Source: Camelus dromedarius
Lineage: Eukaryota
Assembly: GCF_036321535.1 (NCBI RefSeq)
Contig: NC_087472.1
Coordinates: 99,016,001-99,080,000, forward strand
Direction: 5' to 3'
Length of the DNA: 64,000 nt
Shown here piece by piece: positions 36,521 to 47,535 of the stretch. Under the pieces are notes generated by a model, which searched no databases, was not told the origin of the DNA, and saw only the letters and a program-made list of their open reading frames with translations. Both the position numbers and the translations under genes were made by a program. The number at the start of each line of letters is the position of its first letter. The first letter of the stretch is position 1.

Positions 36521-36699
36521 ATATGAAAGCAAAAATCTGTTCCACCTGCGGTAGGGGGAGAAAACTCTCTTGAGCTTAAGATCCTACACCAACCAGAGTT
36601 TGGTTCCTACTGAGAAAAGACCAGGAAACTCCCACCAAGATCAACCAATATCAATAAGGAATTCCTTCAATGGACTCACCAATAGACTGGACATATTTG

Positions 36700-37196
36700 A
36701 AGACAGACTCCATGAACTCGAGGATAGGATAATATAAATGTTGTTTACCAGAGAAGCTCTTAGAGACTCAGTGCCCAGGGTTTTTATTGGAGGCTTGTCA
36801 CATAGGCACCCTATGCCTAGGGCATATTGAAATTCCAGAGTCCTAGAAGGAAAGCATGTAACTTGTGAACTACCACTAATTCCTTCTCTGCCTTAGTAAG
36901 GTGTGGCAAAGGAAAATGAATCAATTTCTAGGGCAACACAAGGATTCTAGAAACTAACAGATCCAGTTACTTGAAAAATCTGAACTTGGATTTCCTTTAA
37001 ATCACAATCAATTCAGGTCATTGCCAGGTAATTGTTACACATACAATTTAGGCACAGTGAGGCACTCTTATCAGTTAGGGTGGCAGGAACACTCCCAAAA
37101 TCCAAGTTCCCTGATGCTGGCCAATGGCCAATCTTAAGAGCATATGGTTTAAAGTATAGCAGTCATAGGCCTGCCATGTTAACTCTTCTTTGCAAA
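36700..37196 (-). mobile_element. MER21-type LTR, interrupted by ~170 bp of other sequence at ~36860-37030
   Basis: ACCAGAGAAGCTCTTAGAGACTCAGTGCCCAGGGTTTTTATTGG...CCCAAAATCCAAGTTCCC...GGCCTGCCATGTTAACTCTT. Confidence 0.75.
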
Positions 37197-37884
37197 GTAA
37201 TTAATTGAAATTTAATTGGCTCCAGCTTCTTCAAGGTCTGGAGGAAAGAAGAAACTGTTTTTACAGGAGAAACTATTGTTTACTGCTTCTGAATAGTTTT
37301 TTCTTTACAAGGTATAGTCGTTGTTGATATTGCAAGGGTGAATCTCCACAGTGGACTTCAACATAAAGAAACAGACATATGGATTATGCTGGGAGCAGGA
37401 TCAATGGGAGGCATTTCTGGTAATATGAAATTAAACATGTCCATTAGAAATTAAAGTTTTACTTTTGAATGTATATTAGCAGTATTTACTTTCAGTCACA
37501 GTGTTAATAAGCATTAGATTAAAATGAGATATCAAACACCTAACAAAGTGAGTGGTATTCAAAGCCTTTCTGAAAAAAAAAAAAGGTAACAAGCCAAGGA
37601 AAAAGCTTTGAATAGGGGGAGCTCCTCCTGGCATTCTGCAAAATGTCAACCTAGAGTCAGAACTGACCCTCCCCTTCAGACAGAGGCATGCAAACAAGGA
37701 AGTGGCTATTTTTGAATGATAAAGTTGTGGAACTCCAAAGGAGCCAAAACCACCTCTAGAGATAATCCTTACTTAAGGGTAAGCCTGCGGGTGGAAGCAC
37801 CATCATTTTAAGCACTACCCATTGATGCCATCATATTTTCTCAATAGCCTACTTCCAAATACCCTCAAATGAAGAAGGAAAAGA

Positions 37885-38110
37885 CCTCTGACATTAGTGG
37901 ACAACTGGAAAACGCATAGGTCTTGGCAGGAGACCAACCTAGATTCAAGTATGTGTGCCACCAAATAACCACTGTGTGATTCTGGCCAAGCTTCTTCATT
38001 TCTCTGAACCTCTGTTTCCTCCTCTGTGAAATGCTCATAATAACAAATTTGTAGAGTTCTTTCAAGAATTACAGTTGTAAAGTTCCTGGTAAAGTGCATG
38101 TTGTAGTAGG
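37885..38110 (+). mobile_element. MIR SINE
   Basis: CTGTGTGATTCTGGCCAAGCTTCTTCATTTCTCTGAACCTCTGTTTCCTCCTCTGTGAAATG. Confidence 0.85.
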
Positions 38111-39599
38111 AATGGAGTGAAAGATAGATAGCTTTATCTTTTAAGCTTTATGGTTAAGATAATGTGTCATAGTTCTTCATGTTAGACTCTGCCTGAGCCA
38201 TTCTTTAGAGGTGAGTAAAGTAGAAAGAAGCAGCTCCTGAGACATAACTAGAAAGAAACCTCTGCTAATTTGTTATGCTGGACATCTGCACTTATAAAAC
38301 TACTTTAGGAGTAGAAAGGGATTATTTTTAAAAAAGAGTTAGTGCAGTACAGATATTTCTTAAACATAAAATTCAGGAAACCTCAGATTCTTTTTTTTCT
38401 TATTTAATATGGAACTGTGAAATAAGAGATCTTTCAAAAAATTCTAATAAACAAATAAAGGTAGAGAACACCAATCCCACTGCTCATTTACATTCCCCAA
38501 TTTCTGATTGAATCCCTCGCCAGGAGTCCCATAAATCTCCTGAAATGGGGGCTTCCTGTAGAGCACACTGTGTGACAAAATTAGAGGGGATGATTGCACA
38601 GCAACATCAAAACACATGAAGTATAGATCCTCAACTCAACCAGAAAAAGGAGATGTTTGAGAAGTTGAGTTTTTTTGAAGCACTGAGCCTGTTTGTGGAT
38701 ATTAAAATGATTTCACAGCAGCTGTTAAAAATCTAGTTCCAATTCGGTGGGATTGTGAATTACAAAATTAAAGGGATTCGAAAATGAATAAGCATATTCT
38801 TTATTGCCCCCAGCCCCACTGCCCAGGATGGGAAGAAAGAGAGAAACATCATCATGTGAATCATTTCTGTACTGAATATAAATAACAGTAGTGAGAATGA
38901 GATGCTATAAAAATGGGACAGATTCCATATCAAACAGAGCAAAAGGCAAGTACTCACATCTCACATCGCACATCTGTTTGATACAGTTCTGTTTTTGCAC
39001 AGAACTAAAAGATTATCAGTGGCAGAGAATTCTCCTCAGTTTTTCTGTGTGCCCTACACCTGTGAGACACAGGGAAAGGGACAAAAGATGCAGTGAAAGC
39101 TGTTATAACTTCAATTTATTCACATGACAGTCATTTTTCCCAGCAAGACTTACTAAAAGAAGCCATTTTTCTTGTATGTGAAAATGTCATAGCATAAATA
39201 TTCTCTCATGCAACCATTGCATAGGCATTTTATCCAAGGGCAGTGGACGGAAGTCTCACTGTTATTCTCTAGGCCAATAATAACATTCTTTTGTCCCTTC
39301 CATAAGTAAGATAATAGCCTTTCTATGCCCCATGAGGGGATTCTCTAATTTTCTGCTGCTGCTTTTAGAACTCTTTATGCCTGCTTTGGATATTTGCATA
39401 TATAAATATTTTTGTTTTTATTTTAGCCTTTAAATTGGTCTTGGCTGACTTGTAACAACAATGTCGATTAGCAGTGTGTTGTTAATATGAAGATCAGTAA
39501 ATCCCCTTAAAATGAAAAATACAATGAAAGGCTCCGGGTCTATTGATTTCTATTTATAATTTCTATAGAAGTGTTCCCTGTGGTGACCAATATAGTTTA

Positions 39600-39970
39600 G
39601 TGTAAGAACAATGCAGAAAATTGAAAGCTTTTCACGAAAACTCTTTCCTCTTTCTGAGCACATAACTAGAACTACCTTTTCCCAACCTCCCATGGGACTA
39701 TGTGACTAAGTTTTAGTTAATGGAATGTGCACGGAATTAATATACACAACCTCCTGCATTACCCATGAAAAACCACAAAGTACTGTCCTCCATGTTCTTT
39801 CTTCACTTGCTGGCTTGACACAAATGGACATGGGAAACTTGGAAGCCATATAGACTGTGTGTTGGTCAAGAACTCCATATTGGACTGTTATGCAAGCAGG
39901 AAATCATTTCTATGATACTAAAGCTTGAGGGTTACTTATTACAGCAACTAGATTTATTCCAACCAATGCA
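39600..39970 (+). mobile_element. MaLR LTR (MLT1J-type)
   Basis: CTTTCTGAGCACATAACTAGAACTACCTTTTCCCAACCTCCC...ATGTGACTAAGTTTTAGTTAATGGAATGTG. Confidence 0.75.
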
Positions 39971-40034
39971 AGTGGTGAACACAAACATTTACTCCTTCAG
40001 CTCTTGCCCATCATATTACTTGTTCACTCTATGT

Positions 40035-40248
40035 CATTGATTCTGAACCAGGGGCAGTTTTTCCCTCAGGGATCATTTGACAATGTCTAGAGATATTTTT
40101 GGTTGTCACAACTGGGAGGTGCTACTGGCATCTAGTGAGTAGAAGGCAGAGATATTGCCAAATACCCTATAATGCACAGGACAGTGCTCCCTACCAAACA
40201 AAGAATTATCTAGTCTGAAATGTCAATAGCCTCAGTTGAGAAACCCTG
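40035..40248 (+). mobile_element. MER20 hAT-Charlie DNA transposon
   Basis: GACAATGTCTAGAGATATTTTTGGTTGTCACAACTGGG...GTGCTACTGGCATCTAGTGAGTAGA...GTTGAGAAACCCTG. Confidence 0.92.
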
Positions 40249-40366
40249 CTCTAATCTTAGATGAGGCCACAGTACCCTTCTCAGCAAACCATCTAATGGT
40301 TCAGCAAATTGTCTATCCTTATTCTTTTTTCTCTAAGCCATACTGTTTTTAGAAACAATGAACAAA

Positions 40367-43300
40367 CTGGAGGGAGATCAAGATGGCAGAGTAGAAAGAC
40401 ATGAACACCTCCCCCCATGAACACATCAAAAACACATCTACATGTAGAATAATTTTCACTGAAAACTAACTGGAGACTGGCAAAAAGACTCCTGAACAAC
40501 CAAAGTTGTAAGAAGGATCCACATAGAATCAGGTAGAAAGAGAAGAGAAGTGATCAGGTTGGGACCTGTGCCCCCTGGAAGGGGACTCAGAGGAAAAGGG
40601 AGACTATGCTGGTGGAGACTTTCCCTGGGGAGTAAGTGGTTCAAGCCACAGACTGGGCACCAACCCCTCTTACTCCAGCACTACTCCTCTCTAGGGCAAG
40701 GGTACAGATGCTGGGAAAGAGGAGAGCCCACAATTAAAGGGAACAGAATCAGCTCAGACCCAATCTTCAGGGCTTCTGTTCCAGCATCTTGAGACCTGCC
40801 TCTACCCTCAATGAGATGATGAGAGCCACAGAGCAGAAGAGAAGCCTCAGTTCACACCTGGCGCAAGCCCTAGACCTTCCATCACCAGCCCAACCTCCTA
40901 CCAAGGTGACAGCTCCTGGCACACCCTGAGGAAAAACATGGCTTGTGTTCACATCAAATCCAGTTTTCACACCAAAGCCGCCGGGCACATGCAGACTGCA
41001 TAGCGATGCTCCCACATAAGGACACCTCTTCAAGATTGCAAAAGGTAACTGTTTCACCTAACTTCATAGAGACAAGAAAGTTAAGCAAAATGAGAAGACA
41101 GAGAAATTGGCCTCAATTGAAAGAGCAAGAGAAAACCTCTGGGAAAAAAAAAAACAACTAATGAAATGGAAGTAAACAATTTACGAGATAAAGAATTCAA
41201 AACATCGGTAATAAGAATGCTAACTGAATTAGGGAAAAGAATAGGTGAACACACTGAGAATTTTAACAAGAAACCAGGAAATATAAAAAAGAACCAGTCA
41301 AAACTGAAGAATACAGTAACTGAAATGAAAAAGACACTAGAAGGAATTACCAGCGGACTTAGATGATACAGAAGAACACATATGTGATCTGAAAGATAGA
41401 ATAATGGAAATCACCAAATCAGAAGAGCAAAAGAAAAACAAATTTTTAAAAACAGAAACAGTTTAGGGGATTTTTGGTATCACATCAAGCATACCAACAT
41501 TTGCATTGTAGGGGCCTGAGAAAGAGATGAGAGAGAAAAGAGTAAAAAGTGTTTTGATGAACTTATGGCTGAAAAATTCCCAAATCTGAAGAAGGAAACA
41601 GATATCTAGGTATAGGAAGCACAAGGAGTCTTAAACAAAATGAACTCAAACAGACTCATACCAAGACATATCATTATTAAAATGGTAAAAGTCAAAGATA
41701 AAGAGAGGATTCTAAAGGAAGCAATAGAAAAACAAAGAGTCACATACAAGGGAACCCCCATAAGGAATCAGCTGATTTTTTGCAGAAACTTGGCATGCCA
41801 GGAGGGAGTGGCAATGATATAGTCAAAGTGCTGAAAGGGAAAAAACCTGCAATGTGGGCAACCTAGATGTTGTAGCCAGCAAGATTACCATTTAGAACTG
41901 AAGGAGAGATAAAGAATTTCTCAAACAAGCAAAAACTAAGAGTCCGTCAATAATAAGCCTACCCTAATGGACCTAGAGATTATCAAAGTGAAGTTAAGAC
42001 AAAGACAGACAAATAACATATGGTATTGCTTACGTGGAATCTAAAAAATGTTGCAAATGAACTTATCTACAAAACAGAAACAGATTCACAGACATAGAAA
42101 ACAAAATTACGGTTACCAAAGGGGAAAGAGGGGGAGAGATAAGAATTTAGGATTAGCAGATATAAACTACTATATACAAAATAGATAAACAACAAGGACC
42201 TACTCTATAGCACAGGGAACTATATTCAGTATCTCGTAGTAACCCATAATGAAAAAGAATATATATATCTGAATCACTATGCTGTACACCAGAAACTAAC
42301 ACAACATTGTAAATCAACTATACTTCAATACAAATAAATAAGTAAATATTTAAAAAAATACTAAGTTTACCCTAATAGAAATTTTAGAGGGTCTTCGCTA
42401 AGTGGAAAAGAAAAGACTATAATAAGAAGTACGAATCTATAGGAAAGGAAAAATCCCACTAGTAAAGGCAAATATATAGTGAAGGCTGTGGATCTACCAC
42501 TTAAATAAGCTAGTACAAAAGTTAAAAGACAGAAAATTGTAAAATCAACTATAACTGCAATAGTGAGTAAAGGGATAAAAATAAGACATAAAAACACAAA
42601 ATGTGGGGGAGGGGAGTAAAAATGTAGATCTTTTAGGATGTGCTTGAACTTAAAAGGACTGCCTGTTTAAAACAAGTGGATGTATTATAGATCAATATAT
42701 ATGAACCACAACTCAAAACCAACAGTGGATTCAAAAAACCTATAGAAAATGGAACACAAGCCTACCACTAAAGAAAATCACCAAATAGGGGAAGACACTA
42801 AAAGAAGAAAATAACAGAAAAGAACTCCAAAAATAACTGGAAAACAAGTAATAAAAATGACAGTAAGTTCATACCTATCCATAAAGTTGTAGGATACAAA
42901 ATTAATATACAAAAACTGTTTATTTCTATACACTAATAATGAACTCTCAGAAAGAGAAAGCAAGAAAATCATCCTGTTTAAAATTGCATTCAAAAGAATA
43001 AAATCCCTAGGAATAAGCCTAACAAGGAGGTTAAACACCTATACTCTGAAAACTATAAACCTTGAGGAAGGAATTTGAAAGTTCTACAAAGAAATGGAAA
43101 GATATCTCATGTTCTTGAATTGGTAGAAATAATATTGTTAAAATACCCATACTGCCCAAAACAGTCTATAGAATGAATGCCACCCCTATCAAAATACCCA
43201 TGATATTTTTCACAGAACTAGAACAAGCAATCCTAAAATTTATATGAAACCACAAAAATACCCTGAATTGCCAAAGCACCTTGAGAAAAAAGAACAAAGC

Positions 43301-44682
43301 TGGATGTTTCACATTCCCTGCCTTCAGATTATACTACAAAGCAACATTAATGAAAACAGCATGGTACTAGCACAAAAACAGACACATAGATCTATGGAAC
43401 AGAATAGAGACCCCCAAAATAAACCCACGTACCTATGGCCAATTAGTCGACAACAAAGAAGGCAAGAATATACAATGGAGAAAAGACATTCTCTTCAGTA
43501 AGTGGTGCTAAGAAAACTGGACAGCTACATGTAAAAAATGAGATTAGAATATTTCCTCACACCTTATACAAAAATAGACTCAAAATGGATTGAAGACCTA
43601 AATGTAATACTTGAAATCATAAAGCGCCTAGAAAACAACTTAGGCAAAACATTCTTTGACATAAGTCATAGCAATATTTTTTTGAATCTGTCTCCTAAGG
43701 CAAAAGAAGTAAAAGCAAAAATAAACAAAGGAAACCTAATTAAACTTAAAAGCTTTTGCACAGCAAAGGAAACCACTGACAAAATGAAACAACCTACTGA
43801 ATGAGAGAAAACACTTGCAAACCGTATGACTGATAAGGGGTTTATATCTAAAAAATATATAAACAGCTCATACACTCAATATAAAAAAAAAAAACAGATA
43901 AAAATGGGGAGAATACCTGAATAGACATTTTTTCAAAGAAGATATACAGATGACCAACAGGCACATGAAAAGATGCTCAACGTCACTGATCATCAGAGAA
44001 ATGCAAATCAAACCCACAGTTACCTCACACGTGTCAGAATGGCTATCATCAAAATGTCAGCAAATAGCAAATGCTGGCAAGGATGAAGGAACCCTTATAT
44101 ACTGTTGGTGGGAATGTAAATTGGTGCAGCCACTATGGAAAACTGTATGGAGGTTCCTCAAAAAACTAAAAATAGAATTAACATATGATTCAGCAATTCT
44201 ACTCCTGGGTATATATCCAAAGGAAATGAAAACACTAATTTGAAAAGGTACAAGCACCCCAGTGTCCATAGCAGCACTATTTACAATAGCCAAGTTATGG
44301 AAGCAACCTAAGTGTCCATCAACAGATGAATGGATAAAGAAGATGTGGTATATGTACACAATGGAATAGTACTCACTTATAAAAAGAATGAAATTCTGGC
44401 ATTTGCAACAACCTGGATGGACCTAGAGGGTATTTTGTTTAGAGAAATAAATCTGACAGAGGAGAACAAATACTCTATGTTATTTATACATGGAATCTAA
44501 GAAATAAAACAAATGGATGCATATAACGAAGTGGAAACAGACTCACAGATATAGAGAACAAACTGGTGATTATCAGTGGGAAGAGGGAAGGGGAAGGGGC
44601 AAGATAGGGGAATGAGGTTAGGAGTTATGAACTATTATGTATAAAATAAATAAGCAATAAAGAGCTATTGTACAGAAAAAAG
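40367..44682 (+). mobile_element. L1 with 5' end, decayed ORF1, internally deleted ORF2 and shortened 3' end
   Basis: 5' motif GGGAGATCAAGATGGCAGAGTAG. ORF1 remnants (MRRQRNWPQLKEQEK, RHIIIKMVKVKDKERILKEA). ORF2 ATG near 42857 joined to post-RT sequence. C-terminal ORF2 remnants ([18 protein letters not shown] motif). Degenerate TSD at 40352-40366 and 44683-44697. Confidence 0.92.
41969..42356 (+). mobile_element. Younger 5'-truncated L1 3' end nested in ORF1 of the host L1
   Basis: GGACCTAGAGATTATC...GTACACCAGAAACTAACACAACATTGTAAATCAACTATACTTCAATA; 20-bp TSD with 3 mismatches (41949-41968 and 42357-42376). Confidence 0.9.
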
Positions 44683-44814
44683 GAAATAATGAAAAAATGA
44701 TTCATTTTGACTTCCTATATCAAAAGGAAAAATTTATGCTGCGAGATTGTTCCCAGTCTCTGTGTGACCTCCCCCCACCCAGTGCAGTCTACAGCTGTCA
44801 CACACATGTGAACA

Positions 44815-44908
44815 CCATGGGAGAGCAGGAGGCTTGCTTATCATGTTTGTCACTGTATCCTCAGACTGTATAATAATGCCTGACAGTAGAAACTGAGTGA
44901 ATTTTTGT
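44815..44908 (+). mobile_element. L2 3' end
   Basis: GAGAGCAGG...TCACTGTATCCTCAG...AATGCCTGACAGTAG. Confidence 0.6.
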
Positions 44909-44959
44909 ATTTTAGAAACCACAGGGAATGGTGAAAACTGGAGCATCAAGGGAGTACTT

Positions 44960-45155
44960 GCACCATTTCAAGGGGCAGCAACTACTCAGTTTTTGCAAGC
45001 ATTGCCTAGGGGAAAGAGACCTAGGTTAGCTGATTTGATGTAAAGTCTCCCAATTTTAAAATATTGTTATTAGTTTTAAAAACCTACAAATACTGTACAG
45101 TGACCATTGTTTAGACCAGACACTATACATCTATGAGTCTCATTTGGCTCCCATC
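44960..45155. mobile_element. Old hAT-Charlie-like fragment (MER102-like)
   Basis: AAGGGGCAGCAACTACTCAG...ATGTAAAGTCTCCCAATTTTAAAATATTG; family name uncertain. Confidence 0.45.
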
Positions 45156-45225
45156 TTGCACTCAGTTAATATTATTATTAATAACAGCAGCTATCATCAT
45201 TGAGCTCTTAATCTTTGTCAGGCAC

Positions 45226-45722
45226 TGTGTCAGTTAGCTTTTGCTGCTTAAAACCATCCCGGTGGCTTAAAGCAGCTATTTTAAATTTATCTCGAAATTT
45301 GGGTTGGCAGCAGAGGCTGAGCTCAGCTGGGCATTTCTGGTCTTGGCTGGCTTCCTGATATGTCTGCAGTCAACTTTCAGTTGGTTAAATCGTTATCCTC
45401 TGGGGGGTTGGCTGGCTGTCCTCTCAGATGTTCAGGGCAGCTAGGCCACATGCTTGTCATCCTGCAGCAGGCTAGTCTGAGCTTGTTTACATGGCAGCAG
45501 CAGTTTTCCAAGAGAGCAAGAGGGCTCTTGAGGCCTAGGTGTGGAACACTAATGTTGCATTCCATCGTCCCAAAGCAAGTCACAGGACCAGCCCAGACTC
45601 AAGGTGTGACGGCAGAGACTTCATCTCTTAGTGTAAGGAGCTAAAAAAATCACATTTATAAATGGAGTGTGGGTACAAGAGAGGGGGATAATTGAGGCCT
45701 TTTGGGCGTAAAATCTACCGCA
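45226..45722 (-). mobile_element. MaLR solo LTR (MLT1F-H type) inserted in a MIR
   Basis: TGTGTCAGTTAGCTTTTGCTGC...GGCTGAGCTCAGCTGGGC...AATCTACCGCA. Confidence 0.85.
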
Positions 45723-45761
45723 GATACTATTTGATTACAATGATAATGTCATTTAATCTTT

Positions 45762-46041
45762 TTTCCCCATTTTTAAATTGATGTATGGTCAGTTTACATT
45801 GTTGTGTCAATTTCTGGTGTACAGCATAATGTTTCAGTCATACATATACAAAAATATATCCGTTTTCATATTCTTTTTCGTTTTAGATTACTGTAAGATA
45901 TTGAATATAGTTCCCTGTGCTATACAGTAGAAACTTGTTGTTTACCTATTTTATATATAGTAGTTAGTATCTGCAAATCTCAAACTCCCAATTTATCCCT
46001 TCCCACCCCTTCCCCCCCTGATAACCATAAATTTGTTTTCT
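45762..46041 (-). mobile_element. Young 5'-truncated L1 3' end
   Basis: Same 3' UTR family as the 19220 and 22595 copies; TSD ATGATAATGTCATTTA(A/G)TCTTT at 45740-45761 and 46042-46063. Confidence 0.93.
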
Positions 46042-46063
46042 ATGATAATGTCATTTAGTCTTT

Positions 46064-46170
46064 ATCACACTCTTGAGAGGCAAGTACTTCACTCAATTTG
46101 AAGATGAGAAAGCTGAGGCTCAAAATGTTAAGTTTCTTCTCAAGTATGCATAGCTGTGTCTTGAACTGAG
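46064..46170 (-). mobile_element. MIR core (its tail lies at ~45170-45225)
   Basis: ATTTGAAGATGAGAAAGCTGAGGCTCAAAATGTTAAG; tail ATTGAGCTCTTAATCTTTGTCAGGCAC. Confidence 0.75.
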
Positions 46171-46899
46171 ATCAAGAGACAGGCTAAAAATGATTCTTAA
46201 AGGGTCCCTGTCCAATTCACGGGAGGCTTAGAGTACCCTGCTGTACTCTTCTTCTACTCTACTGCCTCCTTAAACCATCTCATAATCCCATTCTCAGGGA
46301 GTGAGTGAGGGCTGTCAAGAGGTTGACCCAGTGGTGATAGCTGGCCTGCTTGGATCTCAGAAGGTTGTTAGTGTTGGATTCCTTTTTGCTGTGCCTCAGA
46401 AACCTGCCGGCCCCTTTCCTTCCTCCACAGTTCCCACATCAGGTAGGGACTTACGTACTGTCTCTTAGTCACCGCCTGATTCCTAGAGTTCACCTGTCAG
46501 TATACTTGCCTCTGGAATCCTGACCACAGTCCACTGGGCAGATCTAGCTCTTGCCCTCTGTCCCAAACCCTCACTGGCTTCCTTCTCTCTGTAGTTAACC
46601 AGTAAATATACAACTCTATCCAAAACACAGACAAATTGAGCTTTCATGGGTAGTTCGGGGCAAATGCCTAGCAAATACCTCTAAAAGGGGCCTCTATCTG
46701 CTGTCTAGAGATTTAGGAAGATATGAGAATCCTGGAAATCTTTTTTTATAAGCACTGTGAAATCCCTATTCCATCCTCAGTCAGAGGCTGGAAATTCTGA
46801 ATGTCCTCGGAGGGCTACAAGTATGTTTGATAGATGCCTAGGGAACTAGTTTCATGAATCCTGAATTTTTGAATGCTAGCCGTGCATATGTTGGAAAAG

Positions 46900-47200
46900 C
46901 ATGACTGGTTTGCAAACTGTTGGGGACAAATGCCTAGTTTTTCTTCTGGCTTGGTTTTAAATAGAGAGTAGGAGGTTGGGCGGGGACCGAGGGGGAGTAG
47001 AGCGAGAACAGGCATTGTTGTGCAGGGTTTTGGTTGCCCCTGCATGAAATCTGAAACAAAAACGAGAGCTCCATTCGGCAAACAGCTTTTAGGATGAGTC
47101 ATGGTGAGGGAAGTGGGGCTGGGTGTCCACTCTTTGTACTGCCTGGGTTTATGGCAAATATTTAAATGGTTTGGAAAGTAGCGTGAGTGGGAAAGGAGAT
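46900..47200. promoter_or_regulatory. Candidate enhancer/promoter-like element
   Basis: Unique-looking, GC/CpG-elevated DNA; GC box GGGCGGGG at 46978-46985; AP-1 ATGAGTCAT at 47094-47102; forkhead-like GCAAACA and GCAAATA. Motif evidence only. Confidence 0.4.
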
Positions 47201-47375
47201 GAGGCTCAGAAAGAGAGAGGAGTACAGGCTTCACTAACTTTAAATGAAAAAAAGGGAGATCTTCTGTTCAACATTATTAATTTTGACCAGAGAAATGGCC
47301 TTTGAAAATTTGACAAAGCCCTTAGAGACCCCAGAGTTTGGAAGTTATAAGAAGCCTAAGTTGGACCCTCGAACT

Positions 47376-47535
47376 CAGTGGCTCTGACTTTGCTGTATGT
47401 TAGAATCATCTGGGAGTAAAACCCCCAGTGCTCTCTAGACCAATTACATCAGAATCTGTGGTGTCAGTAGGTCTCAGTAGGTTCTGCAGTATCCCAAGTG
47501 ATTCCAGTGCTGCACACAGGTTTGAGAAATACTGT
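47376..47535 (+). mobile_element. MER5-type hAT-Charlie element
   Basis: CAGTGGCTCT...TTAGAATCATCTGGGAG...CCAATTACATCAGAATCT...GGTTTGAGAAATACTG. Confidence 0.8.

Noticed and set aside
40456..44359. Cluster of ORFs on both strands
   Set aside because: Fragments of decayed L1 ORF1/ORF2 and their antisense frames; no intact retrotransposon protein.
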